64,000 nt of DNA from positions 21,489 through 85,488 of the forward strand of contig WQWU01000002.1 of NCBI GenBank assembly GCA_009785215.1. Direction: 5' to 3'. Shown in pieces: positions 1 through 10,767 of this stretch. A model generated the notes under the pieces. The model did no database searches and was not told the DNA's origin. It saw only the letters and a list, made by a program, of their open reading frames with translations. Both the position numbers and the translations under genes were made by a program. How positions within the stretch are numbered: the stretch's first letter is position 1; every line of letters starts with the position of its first letter. The DNA is from Treponema sp. GTDB taxonomy: Bacteria > Spirochaetota > Spirochaetia > Treponematales > Breznakiellaceae.

Positions 1-153
1 AACAATTTGCTTATCTTCTGCTTCGATGGGATGATAATATCCAATTTCTTCGATGGTTTTACCGTCTCTTGGCGCCATTTTATCCATAACAACAATGCGG
101 TAATATGGCCGTTTTTTTGTTCCAAATCTCTTGAGCCTGATAGTTGCGCTCAT
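1..153 (-). CDS. rpsP: 30S ribosomal protein S16 (5' part; runs off the window)
   Basis: Not in the ORF track. Manual translation gives [51 protein letters not shown], the S16 signature. AGGAGG RBS at 161-166 (minus). Confidence 0.96.
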   Translation of the reverse strand, partial: MSATIRLKRFGTKKRPYYRIVVMDKMAPRDGKTIEEIGYYHPIEAEDKQIV

Positions 154-241
154 AAAAAGTCCTCCTGTTCCGTTTCCCGTAAACCGGGAGCTTGATTAAT
201 TAGAATTTTATAGCGGCTCAAGCGCACCGCCTGTGTAAAAC

Positions 242-270
242 AGTATAGATTTTTTCTTTTTTTTTGTCTA
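242..270 (-). promoter_or_regulatory. sigma70-type promoter for rpsP
   Basis: Minus strand TAGACA-17nt-TATACT, followed by a ~80 nt leader with two small hairpins. Confidence 0.6.
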
Positions 271-293
271 GTGTGATATTAAGGGAGAAAAAT

Positions 294-770
294 ATGGAAA
301 AAATAGCCAGTTTTCAGGTTGACCATCTTAGGTTAAAGCCGGGTCTTTATGTTTCACGAAGGGATGATTACGGCTCTCTTGTAATTACCACGTTTGATCT
401 TCGTTTTAAAGAACCAAACAAAGAACCTGTTATGGATCCGCCTGCCATGCACACAATTGAACATTTGTGCGCTACTTTCTTGCGCTCTAACGAAAAATGG
501 AGTCCAAAAATAGTATACTTTGGTCCAATGGGCTGCCGTACCGGTTTTTATACAATTCTGGAAGGTGAATACAAATCTACAGATATCCTTCCGTTAATGA
601 TTGAAATGTTCGCTTGGATCGAAAAGTTTGAAGGCACTATCCCCGGCGCATCCGCAGTAGAATGCGGAAACTGGCAGGAACAAAACCTGGACATGGCAAA
701 ATGGGAATGCCGAAGATACGCTGCACTGTTAGAAAAAGGCAACAAGGAAAATCTGGAATACCCGGCATAA
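294..770 (+). CDS. luxS: S-ribosylhomocysteine lyase LuxS
   Basis: SFQVDH, HTIEH, GPMGCRTGFY and ECGN motifs. ATG at 294 follows a GGGAG RBS. Confidence 0.95.
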   Translation: MEKIASFQVDHLRLKPGLYVSRRDDYGSLVITTFDLRFKEPNKEPVMDPPAMHTIEHLCATFLRSNEKWSPKIVYFGPMGCRTGFYTILEGEYKSTDILPLMIEMFAWIEKFEGTIPGASAVECGNWQEQNLDMAKWECRRYAALLEKGNKENLEYPA

Positions 771-788
771 ACACCCTTATATTTATTA

Positions 789-1214
789 CTATCTACTCCA
801 GGGGTTAAATGTTACAACTATATCACCTCTGGAAAAAGATTTTCCATTACGTATTGTTATCCTTCCGCCGGTAACGTGAATTGAATATTCTTTTCCTCCT
901 TCGAAATTGTGAGTGAATGAATAGCCATTCCATGTCCAAGTAGTTGATCCCTGGCTTGTCTGTCCTTCAACTCCAATAGTAGTATTTCCTCCTGGTATTT
1001 TGATTGCAGCAACTCCCCAGCCAGTTACCTTCCAATCAACATCAATCCCATTATATGAAACAGGCCGAACAGTGCTTCCTGCTCCAGACCAATATAATGT
1101 AACAGTTTCTGCTTCGGGTAATAAATCATCAAAAACCATTACTTTATTTGAACATGCAGCAAAAACAAATAATAATGGTAAAAAAACAATACAGAAAAAA
1201 AAGTTCTTTTTCAT
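789..1214 (-). CDS. hypothetical lipoprotein
   Basis: Signal peptide with FAAC lipobox, beta-rich mature part, GGAGG RBS upstream. Confidence 0.75.
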   Translation of the reverse strand: MKKNFFFCIVFLPLLFVFAACSNKVMVFDDLLPEAETVTLYWSGAGSTVRPVSYNGIDVDWKVTGWGVAAIKIPGGNTTIGVEGQTSQGSTTWTWNGYSFTHNFEGGKEYSIHVTGGRITIRNGKSFSRGDIVVTFNPWSR

Positions 1215-1341
1215 AGAACCCTCCTAATATAATTATGATGCTATAGATGGAATATATCAATTATTATTGAAATTGGCTATACTCATGTTGTTAGAGGCAG
1301 ATACCATTCCCTAAAATAACATATTCCTGTACAATGCCTAT

Positions 1342-2730
1342 ATGTCAGAATTAACAGAATATTGTCCTGCAGAGCAGTACTCAGGAAAAGCGACAATGGA
1401 AAAAATCACCTCGCTGGCAAAACGGCGCGGTTTTGTTTTTCAGTCATCAGAAATTTACGGAGACCAAAACGGCGCGTGGGATTACGGCCCTTTAGGCATT
1501 GAACTTAAAAACCGCATTGCCGGCGCGTGGTGGAAAGAAATGACCCAGCTTCACGATAATATCGTAGGGTTAGATGCAGCTATATTGATGCATCCGCGCA
1601 CATGGGAAGCTTCGGGTCACGTCGAAAATTTTACCGATCCTTTAGTCGATTGTAAAAAATGTAAATCCCGTTTCCGCGCGGACATGATCCCCGAAGAAAA
1701 CCTGTCTGCAAAAAAATGCCCGGACTGCGCCGGCGAATTAACAGATACCCGCAAGTTCAACCTGATGTTTAAATCAAACATTGGCCCTGCAGAAGATACT
1801 GCAAGTATTATTTACCTTCGCCCGGAAACCGCGCAGGGTATTTACGTAAACTATAAAAATATTATTCAGTCCAACAGAATGAAAATTCCGTTTGGCATTG
1901 CGCAGATTGGAAAAGCATTCCGCAACGAAATCGTTACCAAAAACTTTATTTTCCGCACCTGCGAATTCGAACAGATGGAAATGCAGTATTTTGTAAAACC
2001 TGGCACAGATGAAATAGAATTTAACGAATGGAAAAAACAGCGCTGGGCATACTACGAAAAACTTGGCGTTAAAATGGATCACCTGCGCTGGCATCAGCAC
2101 GGGCCGGATGAACTTGCGCACTATGCAAAAGATGCTTACGACATTCAGTACTTGTTCCCAATGGGCTGGCGCGAACTTGAAGGCGTGCATAACCGCACCG
2201 ATTACGATCTTGGCCGTCACTCAGAATACTCGGGCAAAGATATGCAGTACATCGATCAGGACAATAATAACGAACGCTACACACCATACATTATCGAAAC
2301 TTCTGCCGGGCTTACACGCAATGTATTAATGATTCTCTGCGATGCTTACGACGAAGAAAAAGTTGCCGACAAAGGCGATGCCGATGATATTCGCACAGTG
2401 CTTCGTTTTCATCCTAACCTTGCACCGATTACTGTTGCAGTCTTGCCGTTAATGAAAAAAGACGGGCTTGCAGAAATGGCGCAGGACATTCGTAAAGAAC
2501 TGCAGGAAGATTATGCCACTGATTACGATCAGGCTGGCGCAATTGGAAGGCGTTACCGCAGGCAGGACGAAGCAGGTACTCCATTCTGTGTCACTGTAGA
2601 TTATCAGTCCAAGGAAGACGGAACAGTTACACTGCGCTTCCGTGATTCTATGGAGCAGATACGCGTGCCAAAAGCAGAACTCGCCATGAAACTGCGGCAG
2701 GAAATTAAGGGATATAAACGCATTAAATAA
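1342..2730 (+). CDS. glyQS: glycine--tRNA ligase (single-chain alpha2 type)
   Basis: KRRGFVFQSSEIY, WDYGPLG, LRPETAQG, GKAFRNE and FEQME motifs plus C-terminal anticodon-binding domain. Confidence 0.97.
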   Translation: MSELTEYCPAEQYSGKATMEKITSLAKRRGFVFQSSEIYGDQNGAWDYGPLGIELKNRIAGAWWKEMTQLHDNIVGLDAAILMHPRTWEASGHVENFTDPLVDCKKCKSRFRADMIPEENLSAKKCPDCAGELTDTRKFNLMFKSNIGPAEDTASIIYLRPETAQGIYVNYKNIIQSNRMKIPFGIAQIGKAFRNEIVTKNFIFRTCEFEQMEMQYFVKPGTDEIEFNEWKKQRWAYYEKLGVKMDHLRWHQHGPDELAHYAKDAYDIQYLFPMGWRELEGVHNRTDYDLGRHSEYSGKDMQYIDQDNNNERYTPYIIETSAGLTRNVLMILCDAYDEEKVADKGDADDIRTVLRFHPNLAPITVAVLPLMKKDGLAEMAQDIRKELQEDYATDYDQAGAIGRRYRRQDEAGTPFCVTVDYQSKEDGTVTLRFRDSMEQIRVPKAELAMKLRQEIKGYKRIK

Positions 2731-3698
2731 TGTCGTTCTTAACGGTTTGTCTTAATCCTACTTTGCAAAAAACTCTTAGTTTTCCTTCCGTTACACCTGA
2801 CGCGGTTAATCGTACTGCTGTTCACCGCCTTGATGCAGGCGGGAAAGGAATTCACGTAACCCGTGTTTTAAATCAATTGGGAAAAGAAGCTGTACATCTT
2901 ACACACCTTGGCGGTGAAATGAAGCCGCTGTTTTTGTCGCTGTGTGAACCTACCGCCGAGCGGGCATTAGCGAGCGAGGGTTCCCGCTCGGTGCAAGACG
3001 GGCTTGCCATAAACTGGGTGGAAAGCAATTCGCAAATCCGCTTTTGTTACACTGTTATTAACGAAAGCAACGGTGAAGTCACAGAACTTGTAGAGGAAGC
3101 TGAACCAGTAGGCTCTCAAACCGAAACACGCCTACTTGAGAAATTCGATTCTCTGCTTTCTGGAAGCTCTATTCACTGTTTAATCATCTCCGGCACAAAA
3201 GCGGCAGGGTACTCTGATACTGTAATTCCTGAAATGGTACGCAAAGCAAAAGAAAAGGGATTATTTGTTATTCTTGATATTAAAGGCAGCGATTTAAAAG
3301 AAAGTCTGAAATATGAACCAGATATAATCAAACCTAATCTTGATGAATTTATTAGTACATTCAGGTTTGGAATAAACGGAACACATGATCTAATTTTGGA
3401 TATTGCTAAAAAATATAAATGCCGCATTATCTTAACCAATGGCAGTCAGAAAATACTTGTTATCGGCTGTGCCGCAAACAGCGAAGTTAATTATTTTGAG
3501 GTTGATCCTGCCGTTTGTGCAGATGGCCGGGTTATTAATACCACCGGCTGCGGAGATGCATTTACAGCAGGGCTTGCGGCAGTGCTGTTTCCCGATGGAA
3601 ACCGGAAAAATGCAGCGGATTTTAAAACAGCGATTAACGAAGGAATAAGATGCGGCGCTTTGAATGCAGGGCTTTTAAAACCCGGAACTATCCGTTAA
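2730..3698 (+). CDS. PfkB family carbohydrate kinase (1-phosphofructokinase-like)
   Basis: LNPTL, AGGKGIHV, IKPNLDE and NTTGCGDAF motifs. Coupled to the glyQS stop. Confidence 0.9.
   Translation: MSFLTVCLNPTLQKTLSFPSVTPDAVNRTAVHRLDAGGKGIHVTRVLNQLGKEAVHLTHLGGEMKPLFLSLCEPTAERALASEGSRSVQDGLAINWVESNSQIRFCYTVINESNGEVTELVEEAEPVGSQTETRLLEKFDSLLSGSSIHCLIISGTKAAGYSDTVIPEMVRKAKEKGLFVILDIKGSDLKESLKYEPDIIKPNLDEFISTFRFGINGTHDLILDIAKKYKCRIILTNGSQKILVIGCAANSEVNYFEVDPAVCADGRVINTTGCGDAFTAGLAAVLFPDGNRKNAADFKTAINEGIRCGALNAGLLKPGTIR
2954..2993. repeat. GC-rich palindromic element inside the PfkB CDS
   Basis: CCGAGCGGG (2956-2964) and CCCGCTCGG (2983-2991) form a perfect inverted repeat, extendable by G-T and C-G pairs. 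Confidence 0.6.
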
Positions 3699-6600
3699 GT
3701 TCAGCACCTTTAACCGCCAAATTTGCCGCTTCTTCAAACTCACTGTGTAAAAGGCAGACCGCAATATGATCCAAAACAGAATCTATATGGTGCGGCCATT
3801 TTTGCAGTTTTATTTCTTTTAAAATGGCTTTTGCAGCCTGTTTATCCAGAGCATCGCATGCGCTTTTTATATCGATTAATTTTTCGTGTAAAAAGGTTAT
3901 ATCTCCGGCGGTAACATCTGTATCACCCGTTTCTTCCGCCAGTTTATATTTTTTAATTAAAAATTTAAGCGAATTGATAAACATATGAGTTTCATCTGTA
4001 AGCATGTTAAGATTCCGGTCTTTGCCCGCCAGCTCCAATTTAAATGCAGCGGCGGACAGCTCCTTTTCGCCGACATTGGCAAGAGCGCTTTTCATTCCAT
4101 GAACAGTAATAATGTACATATACAGCTCTTCATCTGTAAGTCTATTTATTTTTGGGTTAAGATCCTCAAGCACTCTTAAGGCGCTTTCGGCATCCCGGAC
4201 AAAATACTTTTCAATATCAGAAGTCCTTGTTTTATTTAATACATCATCTTTGAATTTTTTTTCTTTATGTTCACGGCGGGCTGCTTCAATAACTTCCCGC
4301 GGCTGTTTATTTTTGATTAAATCGTTTAAAACTAAATTCAATTCGCGCGAATCTATTGGTTTTGAAATAAAGCCGTCAAAACCATTGCTTAAAAACATTT
4401 CCTCCCTGCCAATTAAAGCGTTAGCGGTTAATGCAATTATGCTGCCTGTATACCCGCTTTCCCGTATGATTTTTACCGCTTCTATTCCATCCATCTTCGG
4501 CATCATATGATCCATGAAAATAATATCGTATATATTGCCGCTTTTAATTTTGTCGATTGCATCAAATCCGCTGTAAACCACATCAATATTCAGTCCATAC
4601 GGCGATAACATGCCTTTTGCGACATATATATTCGATTCAACATCATCCACAACAAGAACAGTGCCATAAGGCATGTATTCACGCAGAAATTGTGTTTTTT
4701 TGGTAATAGCCGTGCTTTGGAAACGAAACTTTTTCAGGTTTTCCGCTAATTCAAGACCGCAGACTGCAGTACCTATACGTGTTTGAGGAATCCGTACTGT
4801 AAATACAGACCCTTTGCCCACTTCACTTTCTACTGTCATCTCTCCATTCATTAGGCTGACCAAACGCTGAGTTATACTCATTCCCAAACCAGTACCTACA
4901 GTTGTCCTGTTTGCTTCAACATTAAACCTGGTGTATTCATCATAAAGTTTTTTTATCTGCTCTTCTGTCATACCCTGGCCGGTATCGCTTACACGGAAGA
5001 CAACCATTATATTTTCGCTTTCTGAATTTTCTGAATATATGGAAAGTTCAACTGTTCCTTGATCTGTATATTTAAAAGCATTGGAAAGTATATTATTAAG
5101 TACTTGTTTAATGCGAAGTTCATCGCCGAACATTTCTATGGGGGTATTTTCATCTACAAGCAGAATAAATTCTATCGGTTTGCTTTCGTAACGCAGGCGG
5201 ATTAACTGCGCTGTATCATTTACAAGACTTGGAATATCATATTTAACAGGAATTAATTCCAGTTTTCCAGCTTCGATTTTTGAAAGATCCAGAATGTCGT
5301 TAATTATATTTAAAAGTAAATCGCCGGATTCATATATTTTTTGGAAAGCTTCTTCTGTTTCCGGCGTAAGAATTTCATCACGAAGCTGGATTTCGGTTAT
5401 ACCCAAAATTGCATTCATTGGAGTGCGTATTTCATGGCTCATTACTGCCAAAAATGCGCTTTTGTACTGGCTGCTGTGCTCGGCATATTCTTTTGCGGCT
5501 ATTAGTTCCGTCATATCAACAGAGTGCTGAATGTGAACTGTTTTCCCGTCTGACCAGTTGATGTATCTGTCAACATTACGATAAATATGATTTGTTAATG
5601 TACTGTGTTCTTCCCATATAATTACCTGATCCGGGTCTGTTTCAAGTTTGTGACATGGGCAAAAATCGCATCTGTCATCCAGATTGCTTTGAAGAACTTT
5701 ATAACACAAATGCCCGACACAATTGCCTTTTATCTGGTAATGCTGTTTCATTGTATTGTTCATAAAAAGAATTTCATTTGTTTCGGGATCAGTAACATAT
5801 ATCATTGTATCCAATCCGTTCATGATATTACTTATATTGGCAAGCATATTTTTCTCTGCTATTGCATTGTGCGCTATTTGATCCGCTTTATTGATTTCTT
5901 CCATCATTTTTTCCAGCTTGCGCTCGACATCTTTGGAGATATATCTTGCAATCAATACACAAGCAACAAAAACAACAAGCGTTATAAATGCTCCGCTAAG
6001 AATAAACAGCCAGATTTTATTTGTTTCTTCTATTGTAAAGTATGCTTTGCAAAACATTCCAACAACTTCGTTATATGCGCCGAATATTGGAAAAAATATA
6101 GCAATTGCGTTTCTGTCCAGAAGCTGCATCTCTCCCATGTAGGAATTTCCTGTGAGAACTATATTGCTTATATGTTCTGGAGCGCTTGTACCAAGCGCGT
6201 ATGTTCCGTCATCATTTAAAAGTGTTGTAGCAACACGCTCGTTATTTAAGAAAACAGCATTTTCGCATTCTGTAAGCCTTTTTAACCTGTGGGTAAAATC
6301 CTGGTCATCCAGTCTGAATCCCAATGATACAATGCCGATCAGGTTCATATCGGTATCATATATAGGCGCACCTGCGTATGCGCCAAGACGTACAGTAACG
6401 CCCTGCGCCACATACGATTCACTGTTTCCGCTTTTTGCCTGTTTAACATGAGGCAGATGTATAAGACTGTCACCGTATATATACGGCTCGTGGGTTCTTA
6501 CAAGAACCATGCCTTCGCTGTCAAGAATTGTACAGTAATCAATCTTTGCCAATAACTGAAGCGCTCTTGATGTATTAAGAATTCTTTCTCTGTCATTATA

Positions 6601-6846
6601 CAGCATGGCTTCTATCAAGTCGGGGTTAATTGCCATTCCAAGAGCTGCAATAAGCGCATTTGCTTTTAAATTATCAATCTCATTTTCTGCAACCATTGCT
6701 GCAACATTAATTTTATTATACATTGCATTATTTAATTCCCTGTTATAAAGAAGGATGGAAGAAATCAGAATGATTACGCAGCATCCTATTGTCAGTAAAA
6801 TCATGGGAATTAAAACTTTTTTTCTGATACCTGTATTACTTTTCAA
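3688..6846 (-). CDS. hybrid sensor histidine kinase (Cache-like periplasmic domain, PAS-like, HisKA, HATPase, REC, Hpt)
   Basis: Two TM segments. MSHEIRTPMN H-box, SNAFKYT, DTGQG and GTGLG boxes, MDHMMP receiver, VHGMKS Hpt. Confidence 0.93.
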   Translation of the reverse strand: MKSNTGIRKKVLIPMILLTIGCCVIILISSILLYNRELNNAMYNKINVAAMVAENEIDNLKANALIAALGMAINPDLIEAMLYNDRERILNTSRALQLLAKIDYCTILDSEGMVLVRTHEPYIYGDSLIHLPHVKQAKSGNSESYVAQGVTVRLGAYAGAPIYDTDMNLIGIVSLGFRLDDQDFTHRLKRLTECENAVFLNNERVATTLLNDDGTYALGTSAPEHISNIVLTGNSYMGEMQLLDRNAIAIFFPIFGAYNEVVGMFCKAYFTIEETNKIWLFILSGAFITLVVFVACVLIARYISKDVERKLEKMMEEINKADQIAHNAIAEKNMLANISNIMNGLDTMIYVTDPETNEILFMNNTMKQHYQIKGNCVGHLCYKVLQSNLDDRCDFCPCHKLETDPDQVIIWEEHSTLTNHIYRNVDRYINWSDGKTVHIQHSVDMTELIAAKEYAEHSSQYKSAFLAVMSHEIRTPMNAILGITEIQLRDEILTPETEEAFQKIYESGDLLLNIINDILDLSKIEAGKLELIPVKYDIPSLVNDTAQLIRLRYESKPIEFILLVDENTPIEMFGDELRIKQVLNNILSNAFKYTDQGTVELSIYSENSESENIMVVFRVSDTGQGMTEEQIKKLYDEYTRFNVEANRTTVGTGLGMSITQRLVSLMNGEMTVESEVGKGSVFTVRIPQTRIGTAVCGLELAENLKKFRFQSTAITKKTQFLREYMPYGTVLVVDDVESNIYVAKGMLSPYGLNIDVVYSGFDAIDKIKSGNIYDIIFMDHMMPKMDGIEAVKIIRESGYTGSIIALTANALIGREEMFLSNGFDGFISKPIDSRELNLVLNDLIKNKQPREVIEAARREHKEKKFKDDVLNKTRTSDIEKYFVRDAESALRVLEDLNPKINRLTDEELYMYIITVHGMKSALANVGEKELSAAAFKLELAGKDRNLNMLTDETHMFINSLKFLIKKYKLAEETGDTDVTAGDITFLHEKLIDIKSACDALDKQAAKAILKEIKLQKWPHHIDSVLDHIAVCLLHSEFEEAANLAVKGAELNG

Positions 6847-9800
6847 GGCTTTCCTCTGCTTCGAACGCTTTTACCGCCGCTTTTTTAAATGCGCTGTGTA
6901 ATATATCCATTGCTATCTCATCCAACACAGCATTTATATTATCTGGCAGTGCGTTCTGTTTTATTTCATCAAGTATTTCTTTAGCTGTATTTTTATCAAA
7001 TGTTTCACATGCCTTTTTTAATTCCTGTAATTTTTCCCGCAGGTAAAGCAGGTTTTCTTCTGATATTTTATCATTACTGCTGATTTTTGCCTTGTTGTTT
7101 GCTATTGACAGCTTTAATTTAGCTGTTAAAACCTGCAATGCAGTTATAAATGCCGGAGTTTCATCGGACATTACTGTAAAATCCCGTTCTAAACCTGCTT
7201 TCTCCAGTCTGTACGCCATTTCGGATAAATCTTTTTTATCGATAACTGCAAGAACGCTTTTCATCCCGTGAACAACTATTGTATAAGTCTCAAGTTCATT
7301 GTTATCCAGTTCGTTTAATTTATTTTTAAAATTTTCAAGAACATTCACAGTGTTTTCGGCATCCCGGATAAAAACAGTTAAAACTTCAAGATTTACAGGT
7401 GTTTTACTTATTTGCAGATTTTTTTCATACTGATTCCGCCGCGCTTCTTCTACAACTTCCGGCGGTTTTTTATCACGGATAAATTCATTTAATAAATGGT
7501 TTAATTCGCGCGAATCAACCGGCTTGGAAATAAAACCGTCAAAACCATTTTGTTTGAACATCTCCGCCCTGCCGACCAATGCATTGGCAGTAAGCGCGAC
7601 TATGCTGTGCGTATAACCCATTTCGCGCAGAATTTTGACTGTTTCCATGCCGTCCATTTTCGGCATCATATGATCCATTAATATAATATCGTAAATTATT
7701 CCGTTCTTGACATTCTCTATCGCATCAAATCCATTGGTTGCTGTTTCGATTTTTAACCCATATGGCATAAGCATTCCCTTGGCAACATAAAGGTTAGATT
7801 CTACATCGTCAACAATAAGAACATGACCATAGGGCATATATTCGCGTAAAAACTGCGATTTTTTTGCAATTGAAGTGCTTTGAAAGTCGAAATTCCGCAG
7901 TTTTTCCGAAAGTTCAGGTCCGCAGACATCGGCTCCTGCAAGAATTTGCGGAATACGTATGGTAAAAACTGATCCAACACCAGGTTCGCTTTTAACATCT
8001 ATACTGCCATTCATTAAATCTACAAGGCGTTTTGTAATGCTCATTCCAAGACCCGCTCCAACTTTGGTGCGGTTTGTTCCCAAATTAAAACGGGAATACT
8101 CATCAAAAAGCCTGGTAAGCTGATTCTCTGACATTCCCTGCCCTGTATCGGTTACGCAAAAAACAAGAGTTGCATTGCCGTCCTGCTCCTTTTCTGCAGA
8201 AACAGAGAAATTAACAGTACCTTCATCTGTATACTTAAATGAATTGGAAAGTATATTATTTAGAATCTGTTTAATTCGCAGTTCATCGCCTATTAAATCG
8301 ACAGGTGTGTTCTCATCTACCTTTAAAGTAAAATTGACAGGTTTGCTTTCGTAGCGCAGCCGGTTTAATTGCGCAGTGTCGTTAATAAGGCTTGGTATGT
8401 CATATTTTACAGGAACTATTTCCAGTTTTCCGGATTCAATTTTGGAAAAGTCCAGAATATCATTTATAATATTAAGCAGTAAATCACCGGATTCATAAAT
8501 TTTATTGAATGCTTCTGAAGTTTCCTGCGGCAGATTTTCTTCCTGCAGCTGGATTTCTGCAATTCCCAGAATTGCATTCATTGGTGTGCGAATCTCGTGG
8601 CTCATATGCGAAAGGAATATGCTCTTTGAACGATTGCTTTGTTCTGCCTGATCTTTTGCAGTTATTAATTCTGTTATGTCTACAGACTGCTGTATATGAA
8701 CCAATTTACCATTTGGCCAGTTAATGTATCTGTCAACATTGCGGTAAATATTATTTGTTACTGGATTAAGTTCTTCCCAAATAACTGTCTTTCCTGGGGT
8801 TTCGTCAAGTTTAAAACAAGGGCAAAAGCTGCATCTTTTTCCTTTGTCTTTCTGTAAGATTTTATAGCATAATTGCCCGACACAGGCGCCTTTGATGCCG
8901 TAATGCTGTTTCATTATGTCATTCATAAAAAGAATTTCATATGTTGCAGGATCTGTAACGTAAATCATGGAATCAATACTGTTCAGAATGCTTTCCATGG
9001 AATGAATAGAAACATTTTTATGTTTGTTTACTTCATTTACTTTTTTAATTGCAATAATTAGTGAAATTAACATGATAGTTAAAACAAAGGTAAACACAGC
9101 AAGATAAGCCGCTCCAATACGCCACGGACGCTGAGCCTCCGCAAGCTTTGTACGGTAATCATAGGTTTTGCGCATCCATTGATCCGATATTCCTTCTTTG
9201 TCAATAAAACGCAGCGCTTTATCTATTACGGAACTTAAAATAACCTCATCTTTATTAAAGCCGAATGTAGCTTCGTATGATTGGTCAAAAATAATATTTG
9301 TTTTATAATCCAAAAGTTCACGGTAATTTGTCAGCATTAGAAGATGATGCCGGCTTGCCATTATAAGGTCTACTTCGCCGCGGTCAAGCGCTTCTATTGC
9401 AGCATCAAAATTGTCATACTCTATCATTCCTGTATGATCGGCAAACCAGTTCTTAAATGATGCAGAATAGGCAGTATTCCCTATTAAACCGACATTCAGG
9501 TGCATAATTTCATTAATTTTAATATTTGGAAAATCCAGCTTGGAAATTAAAGCATAATTATCCTTAAACAGCATTGTCTTCGGCCATAAAAAACGGTTCT
9601 CGCGTTCCGGAATGCGGATAAGCTCTGTACCCAAAGCTGCTTCTCCGCTCTCCAGCATCTGCATCATAACAAACGGAGATTCTTCGGCATTATTAATACG
9701 GTTAAATGAAAGTCCTGTAAGTATTTCAATATTTTGCAGTATATCAATAGCAATTCCCTGCCATTGGTTTTCGTAAACATTATAAAAGCTAACCGGATAA

Positions 9801-10747
9801 TTGCTGTATTCTGCAATAAACGGAATAATTCTATTGTTTCTGATATAAGTTTTTTCTTCTTCGGTAAGCTGCAAAAAAAGTTTTTGTTTTAAATATTCCA
9901 GATACCCCTGATTATACAAAGCGGTAAGATAACGAAGCGCACCTGCATCTAAAGCTTTTTGCACAATATTAATTATGGGTTCAAGTTCTGGATTTTGTGT
10001 TGTTAGCGAAACAGGACTGTAAATCAGCGGAAAAAAATCTTTGGTTATAACGTCTCCGTAATTATCAAAAGAAGCTTCTGTCCAGTCATCATTAAAAAAA
10101 GCATCAGCCTCGCCGCTCTGAAGCATTCTGTATATTTCATCGGTATTTCCTGCCAGCACGACTTCATATGTTCCAGGTTCAAGATGCTGTATAACTTTAT
10201 TAATAGTGGTAGTTCCGCTTATAAACGCATACCGTAAAGGACGCGCCTGTGCAATATATTCAAGGGGAAGACTGTTTTCCAGCCGGAAAGACTTAACCAT
10301 ATTTTGAGCAATGGCAGTTGTCATAAAATATGTTTTACGGCGTTCTTCTGTTGGTGTCATGTGCCCTGTAAAATCAACCTCATAACTTGCAAGTACATCA
10401 AGATACTCATCCCATGTCACAAATCTTGGTTTGAACGGAATGCCGAATAACCCGGACAGCCATTCGCATAATAGAAAAGACCATCCTCTTATTTCTCCGT
10501 CTTCGTTATAAAATGCCTCGGTGGACGGAAGCACACTGAAAACATAGTATTTATTCTCCCTTTCCAGTACTTGTCTGCGGAGAATTTCTACAGCGGCAAT
10601 TTCCTGTTCTGTTATTCCGGGAATACTGTTTAATGTTTGAAATACAGCAATTTCGTAAGAAGCGATTTCAGATTTGTTTGAACAGCCGTAAAAATTAAAT
10701 GCGGTTAAACAGAGAAACAGAAGTGCATTAATTTTTATGATCTTCAT
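6836..10747 (-). CDS. hybrid sensor histidine kinase with two periplasmic solute-binding (family 3) domains
   Basis: N-terminal signal/lipobox and tandem SBP-like domains (TPTEERRKTYFMT; RIPERENRFLW), then the same kinase/REC/Hpt core as its neighbour. Confidence 0.92.
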   Translation of the reverse strand: MKIIKINALLFLCLTAFNFYGCSNKSEIASYEIAVFQTLNSIPGITEQEIAAVEILRRQVLERENKYYVFSVLPSTEAFYNEDGEIRGWSFLLCEWLSGLFGIPFKPRFVTWDEYLDVLASYEVDFTGHMTPTEERRKTYFMTTAIAQNMVKSFRLENSLPLEYIAQARPLRYAFISGTTTINKVIQHLEPGTYEVVLAGNTDEIYRMLQSGEADAFFNDDWTEASFDNYGDVITKDFFPLIYSPVSLTTQNPELEPIINIVQKALDAGALRYLTALYNQGYLEYLKQKLFLQLTEEEKTYIRNNRIIPFIAEYSNYPVSFYNVYENQWQGIAIDILQNIEILTGLSFNRINNAEESPFVMMQMLESGEAALGTELIRIPERENRFLWPKTMLFKDNYALISKLDFPNIKINEIMHLNVGLIGNTAYSASFKNWFADHTGMIEYDNFDAAIEALDRGEVDLIMASRHHLLMLTNYRELLDYKTNIIFDQSYEATFGFNKDEVILSSVIDKALRFIDKEGISDQWMRKTYDYRTKLAEAQRPWRIGAAYLAVFTFVLTIMLISLIIAIKKVNEVNKHKNVSIHSMESILNSIDSMIYVTDPATYEILFMNDIMKQHYGIKGACVGQLCYKILQKDKGKRCSFCPCFKLDETPGKTVIWEELNPVTNNIYRNVDRYINWPNGKLVHIQQSVDITELITAKDQAEQSNRSKSIFLSHMSHEIRTPMNAILGIAEIQLQEENLPQETSEAFNKIYESGDLLLNIINDILDFSKIESGKLEIVPVKYDIPSLINDTAQLNRLRYESKPVNFTLKVDENTPVDLIGDELRIKQILNNILSNSFKYTDEGTVNFSVSAEKEQDGNATLVFCVTDTGQGMSENQLTRLFDEYSRFNLGTNRTKVGAGLGMSITKRLVDLMNGSIDVKSEPGVGSVFTIRIPQILAGADVCGPELSEKLRNFDFQSTSIAKKSQFLREYMPYGHVLIVDDVESNLYVAKGMLMPYGLKIETATNGFDAIENVKNGIIYDIILMDHMMPKMDGMETVKILREMGYTHSIVALTANALVGRAEMFKQNGFDGFISKPVDSRELNHLLNEFIRDKKPPEVVEEARRNQYEKNLQISKTPVNLEVLTVFIRDAENTVNVLENFKNKLNELDNNELETYTIVVHGMKSVLAVIDKKDLSEMAYRLEKAGLERDFTVMSDETPAFITALQVLTAKLKLSIANNKAKISSNDKISEENLLYLREKLQELKKACETFDKNTAKEILDEIKQNALPDNINAVLDEIAMDILHSAFKKAAVKAFEAEESLEK

Positions 10748-10767
10748 TTAACCCTTATCCTGAATCT

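Noticed and set aside
7-195. 62-aa plus-strand ORF
   Set aside because: Antisense shadow of rpsP.
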